From a virus (lineage: Duplodnaviria; Caudoviricetes), in the IMG/VR virus record IMGVR_UViG_3300042543_000362, positions 1 to 62,814 of that record: a stretch of 62,814 bases of DNA. The stretch is one strand, 5' to 3'. Position numbers and translations under genes: made by a program. Each line of letters opens with the position of its first letter. Position 1 is the first letter of the stretch. Below the pieces are notes generated by a model, which was not told where the DNA came from, searched no databases, and was given only the letters and a program-made list of their open reading frames with translations. Below are positions 53,341 through 62,814 of the stretch, piece by piece.

Positions 53341-56300
53341 TCGCTATCTGGCTGAGCTGCTGGGCCTGAGCGATGAGCAGTACGAGCTCTGGCGCGATGA
53401 GGTCCGCAAGCGTGCAGCGGAGGCGCCCAAGCCTGCGGTAACGGCTGGCATCGTCGAGTTCACCGCAGCGCAGATCGTGGTGCTGGTCACTACGGCTATC
53501 AGCATCGGCGCCCAGCTGATCAGCGTCTTGCTGGCCCCCAACGCCCCCCGTAACCGGCGCACGGCGGAGCTGGGGCAGCGGCAGGTGCAGGGGCGCAACC
53601 AGACGAGCATTGAATCCCTAGCGCCCCGTGGCGGGTTTGATGCGGTCCAGGACGTGGCCGCGATCGGCGAGCCTATCCCCGTGGTCTACGCCAACCGCGA
53701 AACCATCGGCGGCGTGACCTATGGCGGCGTCAGGGTGAACGCCACCCTGCTGTGGTCGCAGATTTGGAGCCTGGGCGGCAGTCAGATGGTGCGTGCCGTT
53801 TTCATGGTTGGCGAGGGGCGGCTGGCCGGGATCGACCCCAACGGGTTTGCGATCGGCGATTCAACGATCAACACTTATGACCTGGGCAGCAGCGGCGCCA
53901 ACAGCAGCAGCGCCCGCATCACGATCTACCACCGCCCGGACGGCGGCCGGATCCGCTCGGCTGATCGCATCGCCGGCCGCGCTGCGGCGAACGACATCGG
54001 CAACGCAGAAAACGACGGCGGCGCCGATGTGTTCATGGCCCGAGGGCTGGGCAACACCTATCAGGCGGTCTTCAGCGCCACCAGCAAGCCCAGCACCTCC
54101 ACCACGTTTGGCGTCTACGGCCTGATCGGCAACAACCTGGGATTCAAGCTCAATCCGCAGCTCCGGCCGCAGTTCACCGCCCGGCTGCGGCCCATCGGCA
54201 GCAGCGGTAACGCGATCGTCGCCTGCGACATTGATCAGTCCGTGGTGGTGCAGCGGGCAAAGGAATCAGCGTTCTACTCAACCCGCTCCGGCGTGATCTC
54301 TGGGTCGTTTGGCCTGGGCGATTCGTTCACCTATCGGCTCGACCGCAGCAGCGACTATCTGACCACGTTTCAGAGCACGCAGGGCGGCGCCACCTGGACC
54401 TCTGCGGTGGTGATGCAGTCAGCCCCGAAAATCTACGAGGAAGACACCGAGGATCGGATCACCGGGTTTGATTTCGCGGCTCGCATGACGGTGAGCAGCG
54501 TGACACTCGGCACTGATCAGGTAGAGGTGACGGCCACCTTCGACGTGGACTCAGTGCGGACCCTGCTGATCAACGAGGATGCCGCCGCCGGCCAGTACCT
54601 GGTGGAGTACCTGATCGAGGTGGACAACGGCCTGACAGGACAGAGCCGCCAGACGATCCAATCCAGGTTCAACGTCACGATCACGGTCCAGAAAAAAGGC
54701 ACCGATCAATACACCTTTGAAGGCGACGTAGATGAAGACTCCGGCCCGGTGAACGCCCTCACCAGCCCGCGGCGGCTGCAGGCGCTGATCGTGTTCCCGA
54801 TCGAGGGGCTTGACGCAGCACAGGAAACCGCTGCCGACGTGGCCAGCACCGTCGCCGGCCGGCAGAAGGCCTGGGACGATGCAATCGTGGTGGGCGATCT
54901 CTACAAGATCGGCTCAGCCCTGGCGATCTGCTCCGGCCGCAGCCCCGGCGATCGGATCTTCGTCAGCGATTCTGAGGACGGCGCGGGCGGCACCGGGCAG
55001 ACGATCAATGCCACTTTCAGTGTGGTGCGGGCCGGCACTGCGGCCACGGTAAGCACCGGCACGATCACGGCAGCTGGGACCACCAGTACAACCCGACAGA
55101 CGGCCACCACGGCGCCCCACCTGCTGCGGTGTGCGCTGGGCCACGTGAGCACCACCAACGAGTGCCGGATCATTGAGGCCGGGATTCGTAGCACGCTCGG
55201 GATCCGCATCGGCGGGCTGTGCAACTGCCGCGACTCGCTGACGCTGGCCGAGATTGACGGCAGGGCCTGCCTGTTCCGCGAGAACGACAAGATCAAGCGC
55301 GGCCAACGGATCAACGTTGACCAGTACCAGAGCGGTGTGATCAGCACTTCAGAGGAGCGTTACTCGTTCTTCCGGGTGTCGTTTCGCGAGTTCGGCGATG
55401 GTGCGTTTACCCAGCTGGCGCCGTGCTTCGGGATCCGCTCCGGCAGCGATCAGCCGACCTTCAACTACCTGCGGCTGGAGATGCCATCGCTCAAGCGGTG
55501 GGAGCTGCGGTTCGAGCCCCTGACCGGCTGGGAAATCCGCAGCGGCACGGCCACCGGCGACCTGGTGATCCTCGACGCCAAGCTCTCCGGTGCAGTCAGC
55601 GGCACCAGTGGCGGCGTCACCTGGCGGAGCAGCGGCGAGGTGGTAAGCCGCGTCCGATCGCAGTTCACCATCACCACCACCCGACGAGATCCGTCGATCG
55701 GGATCCCGCGGCCGGATGAAAACAACTACCTCGACGCCTGGGGGAAGCTCGCCGAGGCCTTCGTCTACGAAGAGGCCCAGACCACGGCGGCCAACGGGCC
55801 AGAGCATGAGATCGTCTACATCAGCGAAATCAGAGAGAACGACGCCGCGCCCCAGTACACCGGCATCAGCCTGCTGGGCGTAAATGCCAGGTCAACGTTT
55901 GAGTGGCGGCAATTCAGCCAGCTGTCGCTCTATGTCATTGGCGGCACGGAGGTGCGGCGGCTGCTCAACAGCCTCACCACCGGCCCCTCGCACCTGCTGC
56001 CAGACCTGGCGCTGGACCGGCTTACCAACCCCAAATACGGCCCCGACGCTGTGCCGGATGACCTGGTGAAGCTGGCCAACTTCCAAACGGCAGCTCAGTG
56101 GTGCTACGACCGGAAATACTTCTTTGACGGCGGGGTGATCATCAGCCAGGAATCGCCGCGGCAATGGATCGCCGACACGGCCGGCGCCATGTTGCTCGAT
56201 TTCCGCGAGGTGGGCGGCCAGTACGACCTAGTGCCATTCATCTCCTTCGGCGCGGTCACCCACAAGGCGCTATTCACCGCCGGCAACATCGCCAAGGGCA

Positions 56301-56998
56301 CATTCCAGTTCGAGACCATCCCTCCCGATGAGCGCCCGGCACGGCGGATCAGCGTGAAGTGGCGCCAGGAGCGCAGCTCTACGAACCCCACCAGTCCGGG
56401 CCTGTTCCCTGAGGAGCGCGAGGTACTGGTACGTGAGGCGGCGCCCCACGGCAGCGACAGCCTGCCGATTGAGTCAATCAACCTGGCGGCGTTCTGCACC
56501 AACCGAAACCACGCCATTGACGTGGCGAAGTTCACGCTGAGGATGCGGAGATTCAGGGATCACACGATCCGCTTCAGGACCACCTACGACGGGCTGGAAG
56601 GCATCAGCACCGGCGTGGGGCCCGGCGATCTGATTCGGGTGGCAATGGACGTGACCACGTTCAACGAGTTCAACAACGGGGCAGTGCTGGGCAATGGCAC
56701 GGTGGTAAGCACCACGCCACTGGCCAACGGGACCTACGACGTGGTGAGCTGGGGCGGCAGCGGGGCAGTGAACGATGCCGGCACCCTGACAGTCACCAAC
56801 GGGCAGGGATCGCCAGCCGGGATCATGTTCACCGTGAAGCAGACCAGTACGCAGGTGCGGACCTATCAGATCAGCCGGATAACCCCGACCGAGGATGGCG
56901 TCTATGACATCGAAGCGGTGCACATGCCGATCAACAATGCGGGCGTCCTGTTGGTGGCGGCAGACTGGGATACAGCAGGCGCCTGGGTGATCCAATGA
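53327..56998 (+). CDS. central tail tip / host-specificity protein
   Basis: ~1220 aa; IGEPIPVVYA and YFFDGGV; position. Confidence 0.75.
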   Translation: MLPSDRYLAELLGLSDEQYELWRDEVRKRAAEAPKPAVTAGIVEFTAAQIVVLVTTAISIGAQLISVLLAPNAPRNRRTAELGQRQVQGRNQTSIESLAPRGGFDAVQDVAAIGEPIPVVYANRETIGGVTYGGVRVNATLLWSQIWSLGGSQMVRAVFMVGEGRLAGIDPNGFAIGDSTINTYDLGSSGANSSSARITIYHRPDGGRIRSADRIAGRAAANDIGNAENDGGADVFMARGLGNTYQAVFSATSKPSTSTTFGVYGLIGNNLGFKLNPQLRPQFTARLRPIGSSGNAIVACDIDQSVVVQRAKESAFYSTRSGVISGSFGLGDSFTYRLDRSSDYLTTFQSTQGGATWTSAVVMQSAPKIYEEDTEDRITGFDFAARMTVSSVTLGTDQVEVTATFDVDSVRTLLINEDAAAGQYLVEYLIEVDNGLTGQSRQTIQSRFNVTITVQKKGTDQYTFEGDVDEDSGPVNALTSPRRLQALIVFPIEGLDAAQETAADVASTVAGRQKAWDDAIVVGDLYKIGSALAICSGRSPGDRIFVSDSEDGAGGTGQTINATFSVVRAGTAATVSTGTITAAGTTSTTRQTATTAPHLLRCALGHVSTTNECRIIEAGIRSTLGIRIGGLCNCRDSLTLAEIDGRACLFRENDKIKRGQRINVDQYQSGVISTSEERYSFFRVSFREFGDGAFTQLAPCFGIRSGSDQPTFNYLRLEMPSLKRWELRFEPLTGWEIRSGTATGDLVILDAKLSGAVSGTSGGVTWRSSGEVVSRVRSQFTITTTRRDPSIGIPRPDENNYLDAWGKLAEAFVYEEAQTTAANGPEHEIVYISEIRENDAAPQYTGISLLGVNARSTFEWRQFSQLSLYVIGGTEVRRLLNSLTTGPSHLLPDLALDRLTNPKYGPDAVPDDLVKLANFQTAAQWCYDRKYFFDGGVIISQESPRQWIADTAGAMLLDFREVGGQYDLVPFISFGAVTHKALFTAGNIAKGTFQFETIPPDERPARRISVKWRQERSSTNPTSPGLFPEEREVLVREAAPHGSDSLPIESINLAAFCTNRNHAIDVAKFTLRMRRFRDHTIRFRTTYDGLEGISTGVGPGDLIRVAMDVTTFNEFNNGAVLGNGTVVSTTPLANGTYDVVSWGGSGAVNDAGTLTVTNGQGSPAGIMFTVKQTSTQVRTYQISRITPTEDGVYDIEAVHMPINNAGVLLVAADWDTAGAWVIQ

Positions 56999-57381
56999 CG
57001 GTTCAATTCCCCGAGATCCAACCCACCGGCCACGAGTTTGGCGAGCCGGACTTCCCTGTGACCGAGATGCGCTCACAGTCCGGCGTGCGGTCGGTGCGTC
57101 AGTGGGGCGACCGCGCCAGCGATGCGCCGATGACTCTGGAGTTCGCCAACATCACCCAGGCGGCCTATGCGCAGATCAGAGCGGCGCACACGGCAGCACG
57201 GGGCAAGGTGTTCGACGTGACGTTCCCTGCGATCGTTGGCAAGAATCTCACCGATGTGGACCTGTTCAATCCCGGTCCTGGCCTGAAGTGGTACTGGGCC
57301 AGCCCCCCTGAGGGCAGCCGTGTGCAGGGCGGCCGGCGGATCACCTGCCGGTGCACATTCAGGGCCGAGCTTAGACTGTAG
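56995..57381 (+). CDS. minor tail protein
   Basis: KWYWASPP pattern; position. Confidence 0.55.
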   Translation: MTVQFPEIQPTGHEFGEPDFPVTEMRSQSGVRSVRQWGDRASDAPMTLEFANITQAAYAQIRAAHTAARGKVFDVTFPAIVGKNLTDVDLFNPGPGLKWYWASPPEGSRVQGGRRITCRCTFRAELRL

Positions 57382-57401
57382 GCAAAGGTCGAGGCCGCCC
57401 A

Positions 57402-57797
57402 ATGACTGTCCCCAACGCAACGCACGGAGAGGTGCGATTCCAGGGCCAGAAGGTGGCCAAGGTCCGCAGCATCAGCATGGAAACCCAGCGGCAGACGCTC
57501 GAGACGACCGGCGTCGGCGACATGGATGATGAGTTTGCCTACGGCAAGCGCACCACCAGCGGATCGGCCACGCTGCTCTACAAGACCGACGATCAGGCCA
57601 CGGTGAACCTGATGAATCGGATCTTTGATGATGGCGAGACGCCTGATGATCTGGTAATGACGATCTACAAGGGCGGCAGCAAGTCCATCTCCGGGCCGGC
57701 GCTGATCAATTCGCAGGGCATCGCCACCAGTGTGGGCGACAGCACCCAAGTCAGCATCTCGTTCGTGATCAACGGCAAGCCCAGCAAGGCGTTCTAA
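57402..57797 (+). CDS. tube-fold minor tail protein
   Basis: LETTGVGD...SGSATLLY. Confidence 0.55.
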   Translation: MTVPNATHGEVRFQGQKVAKVRSISMETQRQTLETTGVGDMDDEFAYGKRTTSGSATLLYKTDDQATVNLMNRIFDDGETPDDLVMTIYKGGSKSISGPALINSQGIATSVGDSTQVSISFVINGKPSKAF

Positions 57798-58840
57798 TGG
57801 CTGTCGAAGGCCGCAAGGGAATTGTTCAACTCAGCCGCGAATGGCCAGCCCCCACGGCGTTAGCCGATCAGCGGCTGCAGCGCGGCACCTCGCCGTCACT
57901 GGACCTGACCGACCTGGCGTTTCAGTCGGGCGATGAGGTGCTGCTGGTGGGGCTGCGCGGCGTGCCACTGGGCATCGGCACGAGCGGCTTCGCGCCATGC
58001 CCCAATGGCCATGCGTTCTGGACTGGCGGGCAGACCGCCGTGGGCCCTGCGCTGGCAGCACGGACTGCCGGCGGCACATTCTGGAGCGCCAATTCATCGG
58101 CAGCGTTCTGGGAGTCAGCAGCAACGGTCGGGTTTCAGCAGACCACCACGGCCTACATCCACCGCGATGAGATGGACGACGTGCGGTTCTACTCCACCGA
58201 GCTCGACGCGATCAATGGCGGCAGCCAGGGCCTTATCCCGCTGCGCAACGTGAGCCCCGGCCCAATGCTGATCCTGCCGGCCTCCAGCCGCTCCGGCTAC
58301 GTGGCCGCAGCGCTGGCTCTGCTGCAGGCCATCGAGGACCTGGAGATCCCCGATGGTGAGCAACCGGCTCAGAACCTGGCACCGGTGCCGCAGGTCTTGA
58401 GCGACACGGCAGCGGACGCGGAAGAGCGCGGCTGGCTGATGCAGTGCGATCTGACTGGGTGGGTGTTCGAGATGGACGCGGCCCAGTTGGACCAGGAAGC
58501 AATCGGCCAGGCGTTCGGTGAGTACGCCAAGGGTGCCTTGCGCGGCGCTGGATCGTTCAACGGGGAGATGGATCACAGCCGCGTAGTAGGGGAGCAGAGC
58601 GGCCTAGGAATGCTCCGGCTAATGTTGCTCACCAGCCAGGGAAGCAAGGCCCGAGCGCGGTTCCAGCTGGTGGACCAGCGCAACAGCAACGTGGCCACCC
58701 ACGTGCGAGAGCGGATCTTCTACGAAACCGACATCCTGCTGGGCAAGACGGCAGTGAACACCAGCGCCACCGATGTGATCCTGATCTCGGCGCAGTTCGT
58801 GGCGACCGGCCAGATCAGGCTGGCAAAGGAGGCTCCATAG
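57797..58840 (+). CDS. tail structural protein
   Basis: Coupled; tube-like C-terminus. Confidence 0.55.
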   Translation: MAVEGRKGIVQLSREWPAPTALADQRLQRGTSPSLDLTDLAFQSGDEVLLVGLRGVPLGIGTSGFAPCPNGHAFWTGGQTAVGPALAARTAGGTFWSANSSAAFWESAATVGFQQTTTAYIHRDEMDDVRFYSTELDAINGGSQGLIPLRNVSPGPMLILPASSRSGYVAAALALLQAIEDLEIPDGEQPAQNLAPVPQVLSDTAADAEERGWLMQCDLTGWVFEMDAAQLDQEAIGQAFGEYAKGALRGAGSFNGEMDHSRVVGEQSGLGMLRLMLLTSQGSKARARFQLVDQRNSNVATHVRERIFYETDILLGKTAVNTSATDVILISAQFVATGQIRLAKEAP

Positions 58841-58872
58841 CCTGAGGGCAGGAATCGAGCCGGCGTAACCAG

Positions 58873-61800
58873 ATGAGCCAGCTGCAGCGGGCAGGGCAAA
58901 GCGGCGCCCTTGACGTGGCTGCCAGCCAGGCGGATGCAAAGGATCAGATCGCCGTCCTGATCGACATGCTCCGCCAGCTGGGCGGTAATGCCCGGGTGGT
59001 GGCGGGTGCGCTTGCGGTTGCTGACCCCCTGAATGCACCGTTCACCCTCTACGTTGATCCGTACATCGGCTCTGACCGGTTCGTTGGCGGCGCCTACAAC
59101 AGCCACGAAGCCGGCGCAACCGACGAAGAGGTAATCGCGCAGAAGCTGAGGCGAATCGAGCTGCAGCGCCTGGAGTGCGGCTACACCTCGGCGCGGCCGT
59201 TCAAGACAATCAACCGCGCCGCAATCGAAGCGGCGATCATCACCAGCAAGAACTGGTACACCTATTCAGACCCACGCGCTCACGTGGACTGCGTGACCAT
59301 CGTGCTGAGCGGTGGCGTCCACATCGTTCTGAACGACCCCGGCAGCGGCTCCACCAGCCTGGCGAGCTGGGGCACATCAAAAGATCCGACCCCGGCCGAG
59401 CTGATCGCGTTCAACCCCTCGACTGGTGGCGTGCTGCTGCCGCGTGGATGCTCAATGCGCGGGCTGGATCTGCGCAAGACCACCATCCGCCCGAACTGGG
59501 TGCCGGCGGTGGCGGATGAGGCCGCGGACTACAGCAACCGCCGCAGCATCCTGAAGGTCTCGGGCACGGGATTCTTCTTCGACTACACCGCAATGGACAA
59601 GATCGGCCATGCCGAATCTGTCCACCTGCTGGACGTGTTCCATCCCGCCAGCAAGGCAGAGCTCGACACGTTCTACGCCAAGATCCAATCTGCCGTTGGC
59701 ACTGGCGCCGACCTGGCGAGCGCCTTGCTAACGGCCCGGCCCAGTGAGCACGAGATCGTCGGCCCGATCGATCAGAGCCAGGCGCCCAGCTCGCAGTGGG
59801 ACACCACCAGGGGCGCCAGCTCGTACATCTTCAACGTGTCGGTCCGCTCCGACCACGGCATGGGCGGGGCGTTCTGGGATGGCAACAAGCTGAGCGGACT
59901 GCGCAGCATGGTGTGCGCCAACTTCACCGGCACCAACCAGCAGGCCGACATGCGCTGCTGGCAGGTCTATGAAGGCGGCAACTGGGTAAGCCTGACCAAC
60001 ACCCCGCAGGACTACCAGAAGTACATCAACGCAGCGCCCGACAATGTGCGCCGCAATCCTGCACGCCAGACCCGGCACATCTCGGCAATTAACAACGCCT
60101 ACATCCAAAAGGTTTCAATCTTCGGGATTGGCCAGTCTGAAGTGACGATGGTGGACTCCGGCGGGGAGATCACCGACAACGGCGGCAATAGCACGTTCGG
60201 CGGATGCTCTGCCCTCGCCAAAGGTTACAAGGGCTTCGCCTTCAACAAGGACAAGAACTGGGCGATCGGCCGGGTGCGGGTGCCGCTGAACCTCAGCGAG
60301 AAAACCTCCAACATCCGCCGCGTCGAACTGGGCGTGGTAGCTGCCGTAAGCAGCTCGACAATTACCCTAACCAACGGCCTGGCAATCGACCCGAGCAGCG
60401 CCACCAACCCGGCAGCGCTGCAGGCTCTGGGTTATTCGTTCGCCTCGGGCACCAGGATCTGGATCGATAACCCTGCTGGCGCTGACTGGCGGGCCACGCT
60501 GAGCAGCAGCGCCTGGAGCAGTTCTGCGCCGGCATCGATCGGCATCACCGCCGCCCCGCTGCAGTCGGGCACCAATGAAGCGCCGGGTAATGACGTGGTG
60601 GGCCGCCGGGTCTACATCCGCCGCGTAGTGGACACCCGCACTGTGGCCGAGCGGCGCTGCAGCCTAATCCTCAACAACACGGCGAGCGCCAGACTGCCGC
60701 AGCGAAATGCAGCGCTCCAGACCGACCCGGCTCGCAGCAACGGCGCGATTGGCCGTGTACTGGCCGGCGGCGGAGAGGAAGTGCTGCTGGTGACCGCATC
60801 TGGCACCGGGCCACTGCCTGGCTCGGGTGTACTGCGAACCGGTGAAATCACCATCCGCCGTGGCGCCGCGTCGAAAACCTACGCATCAGGCACGTACTAC
60901 CGCCAGGGAACGGTGGTAAAACACGCCGGCAAACACTGGCAGGCCACGCGCACATTCACCAGCTCCGGTGCATCGCCCGATCCGGCGTTCTGGGGCGAGA
61001 CGTTCGTTCACATGCCCTCGGACTTCAACCCTGAGGATTCGATCAGCCAAGAGGCGCCCATCCTGGTGCTCGACACCGACACCAGCGACGTTGACGATTC
61101 AACCACCCTGGGTATCAACTGGACCACGATCTGGACCAGCGCTGGCCCTGTGCGAGATCAGTATCGCACCGCCACGGACTACCTGGGCGGGTACGCCTTC
61201 CTGCGGGCGCTGGGGTTCACCGACGCCGCAGCCCACGCCGCTCTAGTGCCGCAAGCTGCCGGCAGTCGTGACCGCGACCCCAGCAGCGCAACAGACTTCC
61301 CCACGGCGCCATCTGGTGGTGCTGCGACGGGGCTGGGGAATTGGGCGGTGGAGTTTCGGCGGCCTTCGACGATCAGGCTCTACAACCACCAGTGGGAGTG
61401 GGCCGGTTTTGGCAACTACTCCAGGGCCATGCCTGCGGTGCAGGGCGATATGTCGGAGTTCAACAAGTTCACCTACTACTTCACTTCCGCAGCTGGCGGC
61501 CGGGTGGTGCCCAAGGGCAGCAACGAAGACGGCTTCGAGGTGACACCCAAGGGCCTCGAAGACATCGCCACGGGGGCCACCATCAGCCCTGAATCACTCG
61601 GCGGCCAGACGCTGGACGAGGCGCAAAGGACGGACTTTCCGAACGGCATCCAGGTGGGCAGCACGGCCCAGCTGCAGGACGTGGTGATCACCGGCACCGC
61701 CGAGTTCGGCAGCCAAGCACAGGCGAAGACCACCAGGGCTGGCGCGGTGGAGCTGGCCAGCATCGCCCAGCTGACCGAACTGCCTGGCACGGTCGCCAGT

Positions 61801-62814
61801 TCTGATGCAGCGCTGGAGGGCGCCCCGGAGGTGGTGACGATCGGCGGCCTGAACCGCTGGCGGCAGGCGCAACGGCTGATCAGCGCTGCCACCGGCACGA
61901 TCACGATCTACGTGCAATCCACGGCGGCAGACCGGACGCTCGATCAGATGTTCGACAGCCCGCCAACCGCGCCGGCCAATCCGATCCCGACCCTGGCGCG
62001 GGCGGCGGAGTACGCGAATGCTGTGATCGGCTCGGGCAACCAGACCGCAGAAATCAGGATCGCGCCGGGGCTCTACGACCCGGCGTCAGTGTGGCAGTGC
62101 AGCGTGGTGTTCAGGGCCAGCGATCCGACCCAGGCCGGCTGGCCGCTGATCTTCACCGAGACCGGCGACCCAGCCACCGCTGAGACCTGGTTTGACGGCT
62201 CGGGCTACGGCAACCTCACCACGCGGGTGAACTTCCGGGCATTCACGCTGCTGCTGCGCGACAACGCAAGCGCCGGAAATCAGCTGCACGTGAACACTAT
62301 CGGCCGGCAGATGCGCTGCCAGCGTAGCGTGGACTTCCGTGGCGGGTTCCACTTCCTAGGGGTGCCCGAGCTGATCAAGCTGGTGTCCGATGGCGCGATC
62401 ACCGCCGCACAATTCATCTCCGGCAGCGTCGCGCTTCCCAGTGGTGCATTCACCACCAACACCACTACGAACGTTGACACGTTCCTGAATCAGCTGAGGA
62501 TCAGCAATGGCCGCAACCCGTCCTACGACAGCTGGACCACCACACCGGTGCTGCAGCTGGAGGGCAACAGCACGGACGTGGCGGACCTGCGCGGGATCAT
62601 GTTCGGCCCGGCGCTGCCATCGCACAAGGAATCACTGGGCGCCACCCGTGCCCCGTACATCGCCACCAACGGCCTTGTGCAGCTGCGGTGGAGCAACATC
62701 TACCTGCGCGGAAGCGCCACTGTCACCAGTGCCGGTGCTGGCGTGACCAATGCCGTGCCGCTGTCTGGTGACGCGCACTACGGCTCCGCATCTGTTGCCA
62801 CTCCTTGGACCTGG
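58873..62814 (+). CDS. large tail fibre/spike protein, 3'-truncated (>=1314 codons; absent from the ORF track)
   Basis: ATG at 58873 after a TAGCCT motif; LYVDPYIGSD...RPFKTINRAAIEA; carbohydrate-binding-like YRQGTVVKHAGKHWQA near 60900; no stop seen in the parts I translated. Confidence 0.8.
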   Translation, partial: MSQLQRAGQSGALDVAASQADAKDQIAVLIDMLRQLGGNARVVAGALAVADPLNAPFTLYVDPYIGSDRFVGGAYNSHEAGATDEEVIAQKLRRIELQRLECGYTSARPFKTINRAAIEAAIITSKNWYTYSDPRAHVDCVTIVLSGGVHIVLNDPGSGSTSLASWGTSKDPTPAELIAFNPSTGGVLLPRGCSMRGLDLRKTTIRPNWVPAVADEAADYSNRRSILKVSGTGFFFDYTAMDKIGHAESVHLLDVFHPASKAELDTFYAKIQSAVGTGADLASALLTARPSEHEIVGPIDQSQAPSSQWDTTRGASSYIFNVSVRSDHGMGGAFWDGNKLSGLRSMVCANFTGTNQQADMRCWQVYEGGNWVSLTNTPQDYQKYINAAPDNVRRNPARQTRHISAINNAYIQKVSIFGIGQSEVTMVDSGGEITDNGGNSTFGGCSALAKGYKGFAFNKDKNWAIGRVRVPLNLSEKTSNIRRVELGVVAAVSSSTITLTNGLAIDPSSATNPAALQALGYSFASGTRIWIDNPAGADWRATLSSSAWSSSAPASIGITAAPLQSGTNEAPGNDVVGRRVYIRRVVDTRTVAERRCSLILNNTASARLPQRNAALQTDPARSNGAIGRVLAGGGEEVLLVTASGTGPLPGSGVLRTGEITIRRGAASKTYASGTYYRQGTVVKHAGKHWQATRTFTSSGASPDPAFWGETFVHMPSDFNPEDSISQEAPILVLDTDTSDVDDSTTLGINWTTIWTSAGPVRDQYRTATDYLGGYAFLRALGFTDAAAHAALVPQAAGSRDRDPSSATDFPTAPSGGAATGLGNWAVEFRRPSTIRLYNHQWEWAGFGNYSRAMPAVQGDMSEFNKFTYYFTSAAGGRVVPKGSNEDGFEVTPKGLEDIATGATISPESLGGQTLDEAQRTDFPNGIQVGSTAQLQDVVITGTAEFGSQAQAKTTRAGAVELASIAQLTELPGTVASSDAALEGAPEVVTIGGLNRWRQAQRLISAATGTITIYVQSTAADRTLDQMFDSPPTAPANPIPTLARAAEYANAVIGSGNQTAEIRIAPGLYDPASVWQCSVVFRASDPTQAGWPLIFTETGDPATAETWFDGSGYGNLTTRVNFRAFTLLLRDNASAGNQLHVNTIGRQMRCQRSVDFRGGFHFLGVPELIKLVSDGAITAAQFISGSVALPSGAFTTNTTTNVDTFLNQLRISNGRNPSYDSWTTTPVLQLEGNSTDVADLRGIMFGPALPSHKESLGATRAPYIATNGLVQLRWSNIYLRGSATVTSAGAGVTNAVPLSGDAHYGSASVATPWTW

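Noticed and set aside
44334-62814. Diversity-generating retroelement
   Set aside because: No reverse transcriptase and no TR/VR pair differing at adenines were seen.
62790-62814. Direct circular junction with base 1
   Set aside because: No terminal overlap, and a direct join puts the two open frames out of register, so some sequence is missing.
1-62814. tRNA genes and photosynthesis genes such as psbA or hli
   Set aside because: None recognised by eye; tRNAscan-SE and HMM searches are needed to exclude them formally.

Overview
The window looks like a nearly complete, circularly permuted genome of a GC-rich, lambda-like siphovirus. The host is probably a picocyanobacterium (Cyanobium/Synechococcus type), inferred from a cyanobacterial-style sigma-70 factor and a cyanophage-type tail-fibre N-terminus. 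Gene order: end of a probable tail-fibre gene, lysis module (1-4 kb), accessory cassette region A (4.7-7.1 kb), sigma factor, rightward and leftward clusters of small genes (including an RNA ligase-like gene and an adenine methyltransferase), SSB/recombinase/VRR-NUC/SF2 helicase, RHH regulator with primase-helicase and an iteron origin, accessory cassette region B (30.6-32 kb), HNH/terminase/portal/protease-capsid, tail genes, and a tail fibre running off the right end. I found no integrase, CI-type repressor, tRNA, CRISPR array or reverse transcriptase. The most interesting structure is regulatory. (1) Two paralogous accessory modules each carry cargo genes, a 76-aa 'MNVQQ' gene and a C4 zinc-finger gene, bracketed by two copies of a fixed-geometry promoter whose putative operator core differs between modules. 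(2) A five-copy GGGTGC-N6-GGWWCC-N7-[-10] promoter/operator family may be read by the RHH protein. (3) A repeated TAGSCT late-promoter motif may be read by the phage sigma factor. (4) Single genes are bracketed by 20-27 bp direct repeats, suggesting cassette exchange. A 46-aa 'mini-methyltransferase' ORF and a possible NblA-like gene are also notable. All product calls come from motif recognition by eye; no database search was run.
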